Positions 45,553 to 54,889 of a DNA stretch of 64,000 nucleotides are shown here, piece by piece; the first letter of the stretch is position 1; the number at the start of each line of letters is the position of its first letter. The DNA is from Bacteroidales bacterium. Lineage in GTDB: Bacteria > Bacteroidota > Bacteroidia > Bacteroidales > VadinHA17. The stretch lies in contig DATGWQ010000268.1 of NCBI GenBank assembly GCA_035299385.1, forward strand, positions 3,279 through 67,278. Direction: 5' to 3'. Both the position numbers and the translations under genes were made by a program. A model generated the notes under the pieces. The model did not search any database. It was not told the origin of the DNA and saw only the letters and a program-made list of their open reading frames with translations.

Positions 45553-45969
45553 ATGAATCCAACTCACATTGAGCATATCGGAATAGCTGTAAGCGATCTT
45601 GATGCGGCGGTAAAACTCTACGAAAAGATCCTGGGCACAACATGTTACAATATCGAGGAGGTTGCCGATCAGAAGGTGAGAACCGCATTCTTCAGGGTAG
45701 GGGAGACCAAGATCGAACTTCTGCAGTCAACTGATCCTGAGGGCCCTATAGGTAAATTCATAGAGAAAAAAGGGGAAGGTATTCACCATATTGCTTTTGC
45801 AGTGAGGGACATTGAAAGCCAGCTCGTTGAAGCTTCGTCCAGGGATATCAGGCTCATCGATCTTACTCCAAGAAAGGGTGCAGAAGGCCTCGACATTGCA
45901 TTCCTTCATCCAAAATCCACCGGCGGTGTTCTTGTGGAGCTTTGCGAGAACAAAAAGGGAAATTCCTGA
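45553..45969 (+). CDS. mce: methylmalonyl-CoA epimerase (VOC/glyoxalase fold)
   Basis: 138 aa with IEHIGIAVSDLDAAVKLY...KIELLQ...GEGIHHIAFAV...GGVLVEL. Confidence 0.85.
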   Translation: MNPTHIEHIGIAVSDLDAAVKLYEKILGTTCYNIEEVADQKVRTAFFRVGETKIELLQSTDPEGPIGKFIEKKGEGIHHIAFAVRDIESQLVEASSRDIRLIDLTPRKGAEGLDIAFLHPKSTGGVLVELCENKKGNS

Positions 45970-45977
45970 AAAATCAT

Positions 45978-45985
45978 TAGATTTG
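45978..45985 (+). promoter_or_regulatory. -7 box TAGATTTG for citDE
   Basis: Perfect TAnnTTTG, 26 nt upstream of the ATG at 46011 and just after the mce stop. Confidence 0.45.
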
Positions 45986-46010
45986 TATCTGAACCAATCT
46001 GTTGCCGGTA

Positions 46011-47237
46011 ATGAACAGTCCTGTTGCAGTTGCAGGCAATTGCGGACCAAAGGTCAGATCAGATTGCGAGATGACTCTTGCGATCGAATCAGATGGAGGT
46101 ATATCGATAACACTTTCATCCAAAGTCGAGTCTCTTTATGGCAGTTCCATCAGGCAGCTTGCCAGTGAGACCCTGGATTTCTATGGCATAAAGCATGCAT
46201 CTGTCAGCATTATTGATTCCGGGGCACTTCCTTTTGTGATAAGTGCAAGGCTGGAAGCCGCTGTTAAAAAATTAACAGGAGACACCCGTGATTACCTCCC
46301 GGAATTCAGGAACAGGGACCTTCCTGCAAGCAAGAGGGAAAGAATGAGATTTTCCAGGCTCTATCTTCCCGGGAATACCCCATCTCTTATGATAAATGCA
46401 GGATTGCATTCAGCTGACGGCCTGATCCTCGATCTTGAGGATTCGGTTGCACCCGGAAAGAAAGACGAAGCCCGGGTTCTTGTGCGCAATGCATTGAGGC
46501 AGCTTGATTTTTATGGCGCTGAAAGGATGGTGCGAATAAACCAGGGTGAAACGGGCATAAAGGATCTTGAAGCGGTAATTCCGCAAAATATTAATCTTGT
46601 TGTCATTCCCAAATGCGAGAATGCAGGCCAGGTGCTGGATGTACGTTCTGTGATCAGTTCAGTTAAGAAAAAATCGGGGATAGAGGGTGAAGTGTTTCTC
46701 ATGCCCGTCATTGAAACAGCCATCGGGGTCGAAAATGCTTTCGGCATTTCAACCTCATCCCAGGATGTGGTTGCTGTTGCAATCGGACTTGAAGATTACA
46801 CAGCCGATCTGGGCGTGCAAAGGACCGCAGAAGGACTTGAATCATTTTACGCCAGGACCCGGATAATCAACGCCGCCAGGGCTGCGGGAATACAGCCTAT
46901 CGATTCCGTATTTTCCGATATCGGGGACCTTGATGCTTTGAAGAACAACGTGAAAATTTCCAAATCACTTGGTTTTGAGGGAATGGGTTGCATCCACCCC
47001 CGCCAGGTAGAAGTGATACGCCAGGGTTTTGCACCTTCAGCTGATGAAACGGAAAAAGCAAAAAAGATAATACTGGCTTTTGACGAAGCGGTCAGGTGCG
47101 GTTCAGGCGTCATTGCATTTGGTTCAAAAATGATCGATGCCCCGGTGGTCGCGCGTGCACACAGAACGGTTTCACAGGCTGTCAGCCTCGGTTTTCTTCC
47201 GGTAAACTGGAAGGAAGCAGAAGCAGGTTCTTTATAA
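46011..47237 (+). CDS. fused citrate lyase acyl-carrier protein (CitD) and citryl-CoA lyase beta subunit (CitE)
   Basis: The N-terminal ~95 aa (MNSPVAVAGNCGPKVRSDCEMTL...) align by eye to CitD (E. coli MKINQPAVAGTLESGDVMI). After a linker, RFSRLYLPGNTPSLM...LILDLEDSVAP matches the CitE/HpcH family. ATG at 46011 is preferred to the TTG at 46002. Confidence 0.8.
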   Translation: MNSPVAVAGNCGPKVRSDCEMTLAIESDGGISITLSSKVESLYGSSIRQLASETLDFYGIKHASVSIIDSGALPFVISARLEAAVKKLTGDTRDYLPEFRNRDLPASKRERMRFSRLYLPGNTPSLMINAGLHSADGLILDLEDSVAPGKKDEARVLVRNALRQLDFYGAERMVRINQGETGIKDLEAVIPQNINLVVIPKCENAGQVLDVRSVISSVKKKSGIEGEVFLMPVIETAIGVENAFGISTSSQDVVAVAIGLEDYTADLGVQRTAEGLESFYARTRIINAARAAGIQPIDSVFSDIGDLDALKNNVKISKSLGFEGMGCIHPRQVEVIRQGFAPSADETEKAKKIILAFDEAVRCGSGVIAFGSKMIDAPVVARAHRTVSQAVSLGFLPVNWKEAEAGSL

Positions 47238-47248
47238 AACATTAAGTT

Positions 47249-48805
47249 ATGTCGTCAGATACTGTGATTAATGCAGCCGGAAGGCATGTTCCGCTTCAAC
47301 TGAACGGGCAGCCTGCCGTGCCATTCAAGGGTGTGGGGATGCACAAACCCGCCGGGCTGAAACATGCTCCGCCTGTCCCTTCATGTTCTGATTACCCTGC
47401 CGACGGCAATAAGGTGGTAAGCAGCCTTGAAGAGGCTTTGAAATTATGCGGAATCAGGGACGGCATGACAATCTCGACGCATCATCATCTGAGGGATGGC
47501 GATCTTATAAGCAATAAGGTTTTCGAAATCGCCTCATCGATGGGCCTCAGGGATCTCGTCTGGTTTCCGTCAGCTTCATTCCCCTGCAATGACGTCGTAA
47601 TCAAATATCTTGAGGACGGGACAATTAACCGCATAGAGGGAAGCATGAACGGGCCGATCGGAAGATTTGTATCAGAAGGGAAGATGAAAGGCACCGCAGT
47701 TCTGAGGTCTCACGGCGGAAGGGTGCAGGCAATCCAGGACGGGGAATTGAAGATCGACATTGCAGTACTTGCTGCACCATGTGCTGATTCATTCGGAAAT
47801 GCCAGGGGTACAGGAGGAAAGTCAGCCTGCGGTGTTCTTGGATATGCCAAGGCCGATTCTATGTACGCCGACAAGGTGATCGTTGTAACTGATAACCTGG
47901 TCGACCTGCCGTGTTTTCCTATGGAAATTGAAGGGAATTATGTCGATTATGTGGTTGTTGTCGACAAAATAGGGCTCCCGGAAAAAATTGTTTCAGGCAC
48001 TACCGAGATAACAAAAAGTCCTGACCGGCTGCTTATTGCCAGGCTCACAGCCATGTTCCTCGAGAAGTCGGGCATTCTTAAGGATGGTGTAAGAATGCAG
48101 GCGGGTGCGGGTGGAATATCACTGGCAATTGCAGTATTTATCCAGGATATGCTCAGGGAAAAAGGCTGGAAATCGTCATTCGGTTTTGGCGGCAGCACAA
48201 AGTATATGGTCGGGATGCTGGAAGAGGGGTTGATGGGGTACATCCTCGATGCACAGGCATTCGACCTTGAGGCAGTGAGCTCTGTTGCAAGGAATGAAAA
48301 TCATGTGCCGTACCCGGTTTTCAATGCATACAATTATCATTCAAAGGGCAACCTCACCAGCATGATGGACATCATGATACTTGGTGCAACGGAGATCGAT
48401 CTCGATTTTAACGGGAATGTGGTCACTCATTCTGACGGGTACCTGCTGCACGGCATAGGCGGCTGGCAGAATTGCCTTCATGCACGGAATGTTATTGTCC
48501 CGCTTCCCTTATTCCGTGACCGGATACCAGTTATCGTCGACAGGGTGACAACACTCTGCGGACCTGGTGAAATGATCGATGTGGTGATCACAGAAAGAGG
48601 AATTGCGATCAATCCGCTCCGCACCGACCTTATCGAAAGCGTGAAAAGGAGCGGTTTGCCACTGAGGACTATCCGGGAGCTTAAGGATGAAGCTGAAAGG
48701 ATCTGCGGAAAGCCTGAAAAGCCGCGGCTCGAAGAAGATATTGTTGCAGCCGTGAAGTGGGTTGATGGAACCGTAATCGATGTGGTCAGGAGAATAAAGA
48801 AGTGA
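47249..48805 (+). CDS. citF: citrate lyase alpha subunit (citrate CoA-transferase)
   Basis: 518 aa with the HHHLRDGD motif and the size and architecture of CitF. It starts 11 nt after citDE. Confidence 0.85.
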   Translation: MSSDTVINAAGRHVPLQLNGQPAVPFKGVGMHKPAGLKHAPPVPSCSDYPADGNKVVSSLEEALKLCGIRDGMTISTHHHLRDGDLISNKVFEIASSMGLRDLVWFPSASFPCNDVVIKYLEDGTINRIEGSMNGPIGRFVSEGKMKGTAVLRSHGGRVQAIQDGELKIDIAVLAAPCADSFGNARGTGGKSACGVLGYAKADSMYADKVIVVTDNLVDLPCFPMEIEGNYVDYVVVVDKIGLPEKIVSGTTEITKSPDRLLIARLTAMFLEKSGILKDGVRMQAGAGGISLAIAVFIQDMLREKGWKSSFGFGGSTKYMVGMLEEGLMGYILDAQAFDLEAVSSVARNENHVPYPVFNAYNYHSKGNLTSMMDIMILGATEIDLDFNGNVVTHSDGYLLHGIGGWQNCLHARNVIVPLPLFRDRIPVIVDRVTTLCGPGEMIDVVITERGIAINPLRTDLIESVKRSGLPLRTIRELKDEAERICGKPEKPRLEEDIVAAVKWVDGTVIDVVRRIKK

Positions 48806-48969
48806 TGAAAAAATACAAATGCGTCGTTTGCGGGTATATCTATGATCCCGATACGGGTGAGCCCGAATCAGGCATTCCTCCCGGCGTTCCTTTCGAAGAT
48901 CTTCCTGATGATTACCTTTGCCCGGTGTGCGGTGCTGGTAAAAATGAATTTATGGAAACTGATTTCTGA
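48805..48969 (+). CDS. rubredoxin
   Basis: Not in the ORF track because it is under 60 aa. My translation is [54 protein letters not shown], with the canonical CxxCG...CPxCG. The ATG overlaps the citF stop (TGATG). Confidence 0.85.
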   Translation: MKKYKCVVCGYIYDPDTGEPESGIPPGVPFEDLPDDYLCPVCGAGKNEFMETDF

Positions 48970-48973
48970 CCTG

Positions 48974-50437
48974 TTATTTTTCAACCGGCATGTTCCGTAC
49001 CACATCAGTCAGCAGATCCCAGAACATCTGGGCAGTTACAATTTCAACTTTTTCTTCCGGCGTATGCGCGCCCTTGATCGTCGGACCAAAGGAAATCATA
49101 TCTATATTATTGATTTTCTTGTATATCAGGCCACATTCAAGTCCTGCATGTATCGCTCTCACGAGGGGTTCTTTCCCGAAAAGTTTTTTATAGGAGTTTT
49201 TTGTGATCGAGAGTATTTCGGAATTAAGGTCCGGTTTCCAGCCCGGGTACCCCGACGAATGTGTCACGCTCGCACCTGCCAGCTTCATGCAGGATTCTAC
49301 CATGGAGGCAGCGTTGTGCTTCGATGATTCGACCGAGCTTCTCTGCGTTGTAATTATGCTGATGACGTTATTTCGCTCAAATTTGGCAGATGCCAGGTTG
49401 GTCGAAGTCTCGACAAGGTCATCCATCTCCTTCGACCAGGCAATAACTCCGTGAGGGCAGCAGCTGAGAAGGCTTATAAACCTGTTCTGTGATTCCCTGT
49501 CCATGACGGAAGAGGGGAGAGGAACTTTTTTCCAGGAAAGATTGAGATGCTTTTCCATATCGCCGAACTCGGCAGCCAGTGTTGCAGACAGCTCAGAGAT
49601 CAGTTTAACGGCATGTTCAAGATCTTCGGGGTGAAGGACAATTGTTGAAAATGCTTCCCTTGGAATTGCGTTTCTCAGGTTTCCGCCGTCGAATGATGCA
49701 ACTGATATTTCCCTTTCATTCGAAATGTTCAGGAGCAAACGGTTCATTATCTTGACGGCATTCCCGTATCCCTTATGTATCTCATCGCCGGAATGGCCGC
49801 CATGAAGGCCGGTAAGGGAAATTTGAATTGCAGCCATATTCCTCCCGGCAGGAACACTCTCATATTTCATTTCACCAACCGTGTCAAGTCCTCCTGCGCA
49901 TCCGATGAAAAGTATTCCTTCATCCTCTGAATCAAGATTCACAAGTGTTCTTCCTGAGAAAAAATCTGAATTAAGGTTTATTGCGCCGGTCATGCCGGAT
50001 TCCTCATCGACTGTGAACAGGCATTCTATCTTTCCGGCCTTGAGGCTTTTGTCCGTCAGGATCGCAAGCTGGGCTGCTATTCCGATGCCGTCATCAGCGC
50101 CAAGAGTCGTTCCGCTGGCAGTTACCCAACCGCCTTTTACTGCAGGTATTATGGGATCGGTATTCCAGTTGTGCGGATGATCTGCATTTTTCTCGCCCAC
50201 CATGTCCATATGACTCTGGAGAACAATGGTCTTACTGTTCTCCATCCCCGGCGATGCTTTCCTTACTATCAAAATATTGCCAACTTCATCCTCCTTAGAT
50301 TCAAAGTTGTTCTCACGGGCAAAATTCATGAGGTACCGCCTGATTTTGACTTCATTTTTTGATAACCTGGGGATACTGCATATCTCTTCAAAATAATGCC
50401 AGAGGGAATAAGGAGCAAGCTGGTTTAAAACATCCAT
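48974..50437 (-). CDS. pepD: aminoacyl-histidine dipeptidase (PepD, M20 family)
   Basis: PYSLWHYFEEICSIPRLSKNE, HMDMV, GADDGIG and DEESGMTGA motifs. I chose the ATG at 50437 because a -7 box at 50467-50474 lies inside the longer track ORF. Confidence 0.85.
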   Translation of the reverse strand: MDVLNQLAPYSLWHYFEEICSIPRLSKNEVKIRRYLMNFARENNFESKEDEVGNILIVRKASPGMENSKTIVLQSHMDMVGEKNADHPHNWNTDPIIPAVKGGWVTASGTTLGADDGIGIAAQLAILTDKSLKAGKIECLFTVDEESGMTGAINLNSDFFSGRTLVNLDSEDEGILFIGCAGGLDTVGEMKYESVPAGRNMAAIQISLTGLHGGHSGDEIHKGYGNAVKIMNRLLLNISNEREISVASFDGGNLRNAIPREAFSTIVLHPEDLEHAVKLISELSATLAAEFGDMEKHLNLSWKKVPLPSSVMDRESQNRFISLLSCCPHGVIAWSKEMDDLVETSTNLASAKFERNNVISIITTQRSSVESSKHNAASMVESCMKLAGASVTHSSGYPGWKPDLNSEILSITKNSYKKLFGKEPLVRAIHAGLECGLIYKKINNIDMISFGPTIKGAHTPEEKVEIVTAQMFWDLLTDVVRNMPVEK

Positions 50438-50466
50438 TTTTTTTTCAGGATTTTTTGAAAGTGGAG

Positions 50467-50474
50467 CAAAAATA
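50467..50474 (-). promoter_or_regulatory. -7 box TATTTTTG for pepD
   Basis: Perfect match on the minus strand, 30 nt upstream of the ATG at 50437. Confidence 0.45.
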
Positions 50475-50580
50475 GTATTTTTTTTCATTTTTGACCCTGA
50501 TTGTTAATTATACACTCAAAACAATTGAGCGGGAAATTCCTACATTTACATATAAACAAATTATCAACAGAAAAGAGCAT

Positions 50581-51774
50581 ATGGCTAAACATAAAATCGT
50601 CGTTCTCCCCGGTGATGGTATCGGAGCAATTGTGATGAAAGAGGCAATAAGAGTGCTTGATGCCTCCGGATTTGATGCTGAATACATATATGGCGATATC
50701 GGATGGAAGTTCTGGTGCACGGAAGGAAATGCATTGCCGGACCGCACGGTTAAACTCATTGAAAAGCACAGGATAGCTCTTTTCGGAGCAATAACATCCA
50801 AACCGAATGACGAAGCAAAAGCCGAGCTCGATCCGGAGCTTAAAGATAAAGGCTTCAGCTACTCAAGTCCGATTGTGGCACTGAGGCAGCATTTCAACCT
50901 GGATATATGCGTAAGACCATGCAGGTCATATAAGGGCAACCCGCTTAATTTTGTCAGGAGGGGAAAAGGAAATACGATAGATGAGCCCCTTGTGGATGTT
51001 GTAATATTCAGGCAGAATACGGAATGCCTTTATTCCGGTGTTGAATGGACAAACCCGCCGTCAAACGTTTATGATGCACTGATGACCCACCCGAAATTCG
51101 TTCAGAATTTCGGCAATGTTCCCGTGAATGAACTTTCAATCTCAGCAAGGATCTTCACTAAAAAGGCCACTAAAAGGATTCTTGAGGCAGCATTTGAGTT
51201 TGCCGTGAAGAACCATTATAAATCTGTAACGGTCTGCGAAAAGCCCAATGTCATACGCGAGACTTCAGGGATGATGTGGAAACTTGCGAAGGAGACCCAG
51301 GCATCATACCCCGGAATAAAGCTTGTCAATACAAACATAGATGCACAAATGATGTGGCTCACGAAGAATCCTGAAGATTACGGTGTAATAGTCGCAGGCA
51401 ACATGTTCGGTGATATTGTCTCAGATGGATTCGCCGGGCTTATAGGCGGATTGGGATTTGCATGCAGCGCGCAGTTTTCCTCTGACGGTATAGCAGTCTT
51501 CGAACCGACCCATGGATCGGCGCCCAAATATGCCGACTACAAAATTCCCATAGTAAACCCTGTTGCTATGATCGAATCGGCATGCATGATGCTCGATTAC
51601 ATCGATGAAAAGAAGATTGCCTCCTCAATAAGGAGATCAATATCTTCGGTGATTGCCGAAGGCAGGGTACGCACTTATGATATGATGAGAATGGCCGGCA
51701 GGCCCGATGTCCTCAGGAACGGTGCTGCCTCCACTCCGGAGATGACAGATGCAATAATTGCAGGATTGAAATAA
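50581..51774 (+). CDS. isocitrate/isopropylmalate dehydrogenase family protein (IDH-like)
   Basis: The ATG at 50581 gives MAKHKIVVLPGDGIG. ALRQHFNLDICVRPCRSY and VIFRQNTECLYSGVEW resemble the prokaryotic IDH motifs. Substrate is not assignable by eye. Confidence 0.8.
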   Translation: MAKHKIVVLPGDGIGAIVMKEAIRVLDASGFDAEYIYGDIGWKFWCTEGNALPDRTVKLIEKHRIALFGAITSKPNDEAKAELDPELKDKGFSYSSPIVALRQHFNLDICVRPCRSYKGNPLNFVRRGKGNTIDEPLVDVVIFRQNTECLYSGVEWTNPPSNVYDALMTHPKFVQNFGNVPVNELSISARIFTKKATKRILEAAFEFAVKNHYKSVTVCEKPNVIRETSGMMWKLAKETQASYPGIKLVNTNIDAQMMWLTKNPEDYGVIVAGNMFGDIVSDGFAGLIGGLGFACSAQFSSDGIAVFEPTHGSAPKYADYKIPIVNPVAMIESACMMLDYIDEKKIASSIRRSISSVIAEGRVRTYDMMRMAGRPDVLRNGAASTPEMTDAIIAGLK

Positions 51775-51781
51775 TGCCTTT

Positions 51782-52333
51782 ATGAATATGTTAATTCAGA
51801 AGCTCTGGCCTGAGCTGGGATGGATCAATAACCAGGAACTCCGCGAAAGCACAGCCCATACCTGGGAGCTCGCACTTGAAAAAAGCGTCCTGACTGCTGA
51901 TGATCTTGACAGGATACCGTTTACGCTCCTCTGCGGACCCGGTATGAATGTCAGCTTCATGGCCCACAAGAGGTGCGTGGTCCATCTTGCCAGGGTTTGC
52001 GGGGAGAAGATGAATGAGTTTTTCAGGGATCAGCTTCCCGTAAACATGGATGTGCTCATATCAGGAGCTATTCTTGCCGATGTCGGGAAACTGCTTGAAT
52101 ATGAATTGGATGAAGAAGGCAAAGCAGTACAGGGTAAGTACGGAAAATACCTCAGGCATCCTTTTTCGGGTGTCTCCCTTGCAGAACAATGCGGTATCCC
52201 GCCGGAGGTATGTCATATCATTGCCGCTCATGCAGGCGAAGGTGATCTTATTAAGAGGTCCACAGAGGCATACATCGTGCACCATGCGGATTTCATGGCA
52301 TTCGAGCCATTCAGAAACCGGCTGGTGATCTAA
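51782..52333 (+). CDS. HD-domain protein (putative metal-dependent phosphohydrolase)
   Basis: 183 aa with His/Asp-containing helices (HKRCVVHLARV, ILADVGK, IAAHAGEGD, HHADF). It starts 8 nt after the dehydrogenase gene. Confidence 0.5.
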   Translation: MNMLIQKLWPELGWINNQELRESTAHTWELALEKSVLTADDLDRIPFTLLCGPGMNVSFMAHKRCVVHLARVCGEKMNEFFRDQLPVNMDVLISGAILADVGKLLEYELDEEGKAVQGKYGKYLRHPFSGVSLAEQCGIPPEVCHIIAAHAGEGDLIKRSTEAYIVHHADFMAFEPFRNRLVI

Positions 52334-52343
52334 TGATATTTTT

Positions 52344-52371
52344 ACGCTCAACGCTCAATGCTCAACGCACC
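52344..52371. repeat. four tandem heptamers ACGCTCA (ACGCTCA, ACGCTCA, ATGCTCA, ACGCACC)
   Basis: Read directly. It fills the 39-nt gap between the convergent HD-domain gene (stop at 52333) and the acyl-CoA synthetase gene (stop at 52373). Confidence 0.9.
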
Positions 52372-52372
52372 C

Positions 52373-54286
52373 CTACCCCAGCTTCATTTTCTGGACCTGT
52401 TCGATATTTCTCTCGTTGGTAACGGCCTTCGCATCAGGGGTATACAGGTATTCAATGAGGTCCTGGTACTTATCCATGATCTTTCCCCTCACGATTTTCA
52501 AGCTGGAATTCATCAATCCATTGTCTTCATTGAAACCTTCTTCAAGAATTCCGATAGCAACAGGAAGCCACCTTTGAGGGAACATATTTCCGTATTTGCC
52601 ATTTGTGCGGTACTCATTTACCTCATTTTCGATCAGGTTTATAACTGCCCTGACGCCTTCATCTGAATCTGCCGTCAGGTTCTTCTCCTCGAGATAGATT
52701 TTCAGGGCATGCTGGTTCGGAACGACCAGGGCAACTGTATACGGGCGCTGATTATTGTACAACATGCACTGATCTACGTACTTTGATTGTTCCGAAATTG
52801 CTTCCTCAATGCTTTCAGGACTGAATTTTTCACCATCATCAGCAATCAGAAGGCTTTTGAATCTGCCAAGCACATACAGGAATCCGTCTGAATCCATGTA
52901 ACCCATGTCGCCCGTATGCAGCCAGCCGTCCTTTACAGCTTCCTTTGTGGCATTTTCATTTTTCCAGTAGCCATACATTACATTTTCGCCCCTGATAACG
53001 ATCTCTCCTTTCTGTCCGGCAGGCAGCTCTTTCCCGTCTTCATCCAGTATCTTGAGATCCATGTTGTTGACTAAAGCACCGGAGGATCCCAGCTTATGCC
53101 TGCTTGCGGAATTTGAAGAGATTACCGGTGAAGCTTCACTGAGCCCGTATCCCTGGTACATCGGTATGCCCAGGGCATAAAAGAATCTCTGAAGCTCAAT
53201 GTCGAGCAATGCCCCGCCCCCTATGAAGAAGTCGAGCTCACCTCCGAAAACCTCGCGTATCTTGCTGAAGAGAATACGGTCGAACAGGTCAAGAGCCGGT
53301 TTCATGAATTTTTGCACGCCCTGTCCCTTGTTATATCCTTCCTTATTATAAGCGTATGCAATTTTGAGGGCCCGGTTAAACAGCATCTCAGTCGGAACTC
53401 CCTTCTCCTTTATACCCTTCTCGATGTTCTTCCTGAAGTTCTTCGCAATTGCGGGAACGCTCATCAGGAGGTTTGGCTTGATCTCCTTGAGGCAACCGGG
53501 AAGATTCCTGAGTGTTTCGATCGGGGTCTTGCCGGTTTTTACAGAGGCAATGCTCGCACCTTTTCCCATGAAGGCAAAAATGCCGCAGGTATGACCAAAT
53601 GAATGGTCCCAGGGAAGGATCAGCAGAGTCTTATAAAATTGTGGTATGTCAATGAGGCTGTAAGCCTGGTACACGTTAGATACGTAATTTCCGTGGGTGA
53701 GTATTATCCCTTTAGGATCTGCAGTGGTTCCTGAGGTATAGCATATGTTTGCAAAATCGGAAGGCCTTATGCTTTTATAAAGATCTTCGAAATATTCAGC
53801 ATTGAATGGTTTTTCGAGCCATTCCCTTCCAAGCTTCCTCACTTCATTGAAATGAACTTCATTTGGGCCATATTCTTCCTGGGTGTCGAAGTGGACGATC
53901 TTTTCTATTCCGGGGCATTCGGTGATTATTCCGGTCAGCTTCTGAGCCTGTATGGATGAAGCCAGGATCATTCGTGCGCCGGAATGGTTAATCCTGAATT
54001 TTATCTCTTCAGGATTGAGCTTCTGCGAAAGCGGAACATTGACTGCCCCGGCATAAAGAATACCCAGTTCACCGATAACCCAGCTGTTGCGTCCTTCAGA
54101 TATTAAGCTCAGCCTGTCACCCTTTTTGATCCCCAGCCTGATCAGTCCTGCTGCAAATTCATAAACCTGCTTCCTGGTCTCACCGTAAGTCGTCCCTTCG
54201 TATTTGTCATGAGGTTTCTCCCACAGGTACACATTGCTGCTGAACTTCTCGACACTTTCTTCAAAAAACTGGATTAAGGATTTCAT
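52373..54286 (-). CDS. long-chain acyl-CoA synthetase (AMP-forming)
   Basis: 637 aa with AMP-binding motifs YTSGTTADPKG, GYGLSE and TGDMGYMDSDGFLYVLGR. Confidence 0.88.
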   Translation of the reverse strand: MKSLIQFFEESVEKFSSNVYLWEKPHDKYEGTTYGETRKQVYEFAAGLIRLGIKKGDRLSLISEGRNSWVIGELGILYAGAVNVPLSQKLNPEEIKFRINHSGARMILASSIQAQKLTGIITECPGIEKIVHFDTQEEYGPNEVHFNEVRKLGREWLEKPFNAEYFEDLYKSIRPSDFANICYTSGTTADPKGIILTHGNYVSNVYQAYSLIDIPQFYKTLLILPWDHSFGHTCGIFAFMGKGASIASVKTGKTPIETLRNLPGCLKEIKPNLLMSVPAIAKNFRKNIEKGIKEKGVPTEMLFNRALKIAYAYNKEGYNKGQGVQKFMKPALDLFDRILFSKIREVFGGELDFFIGGGALLDIELQRFFYALGIPMYQGYGLSEASPVISSNSASRHKLGSSGALVNNMDLKILDEDGKELPAGQKGEIVIRGENVMYGYWKNENATKEAVKDGWLHTGDMGYMDSDGFLYVLGRFKSLLIADDGEKFSPESIEEAISEQSKYVDQCMLYNNQRPYTVALVVPNQHALKIYLEEKNLTADSDEGVRAVINLIENEVNEYRTNGKYGNMFPQRWLPVAIGILEEGFNEDNGLMNSSLKIVRGKIMDKYQDLIEYLYTPDAKAVTNERNIEQVQKMKLG

Positions 54287-54365
54287 AGGCTTTCTTTATT
54301 GTATACAGTTCAAAATAAAAGCCTAATATACGAAAATCATAATTTGCATAATTTTCAGGATTATG

Positions 54366-54373
54366 TATCTTTG
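54366..54373 (+). promoter_or_regulatory. -7 box TATCTTTG for the SPOR-like gene
   Basis: Perfect TAnnTTTG, 51 nt upstream of the ATG at 54425. Confidence 0.45.
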
Positions 54374-54424
54374 GTAAATAACCTCATTCTGAATAAAAGA
54401 CTAACCTGAAAAAACCTTCTGATT

Positions 54425-54889
54425 ATGAGATTCATAGCTGCAATTATTTTAGTTCTGGCGCTTGCGGGTCTGCCTTCATGCAAATTTTTAAAAAATAATG
54501 TATTCGGGAAAAAGGCACGACTGGCCGCCGAGATGCAGGCAATAAAGGACAGCATCAGGGTTGCCGATTCAATTAAAGCTGCAAATGAAAAGCTTCTTGC
54601 ATTTGAAAGCGCCAGGCAGGATTCGCTCCGGAGAGCAGAGGAAGAAAGGCTTGCTGCGGAAACCAGGTATAACATTATTGTAGGGAGCTTCATTACGCCT
54701 GAATATGCAAAGAGCATGGCAGCGGAATACACCAGCATGGGGTACAGTACACGTCTTATAAAGCCTGCAAACAGTAAATTTGAGCTTGTTGCTGCAGAAG
54801 GTCACAAAAGCCTGAGGAAAGCCATCACAAGACTGGAGCAATTCCGTGATACAGTTCAGCTCGAATCGTGGATTTATGTGAATCAGTGA
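54425..54889 (+). CDS. SPOR-domain lipoprotein (putative)
   Basis: 154 aa with lipobox LAGLPSC. The C-terminus YNIIVGSFITPEYAKSMAAEY...ELVAAEGHKSLRKA resembles a SPOR fold. A -7 box lies at 54366. Confidence 0.5.
   Translation: MRFIAAIILVLALAGLPSCKFLKNNVFGKKARLAAEMQAIKDSIRVADSIKAANEKLLAFESARQDSLRRAEEERLAAETRYNIIVGSFITPEYAKSMAAEYTSMGYSTRLIKPANSKFELVAAEGHKSLRKAITRLEQFRDTVQLESWIYVNQ

Noticed and set aside
48842-49327. 161-aa plus-strand ORF from the track
   Set aside because: It is out of frame with the clear rubredoxin gene and antisense to the strongly supported pepD. It has no recognisable motifs.
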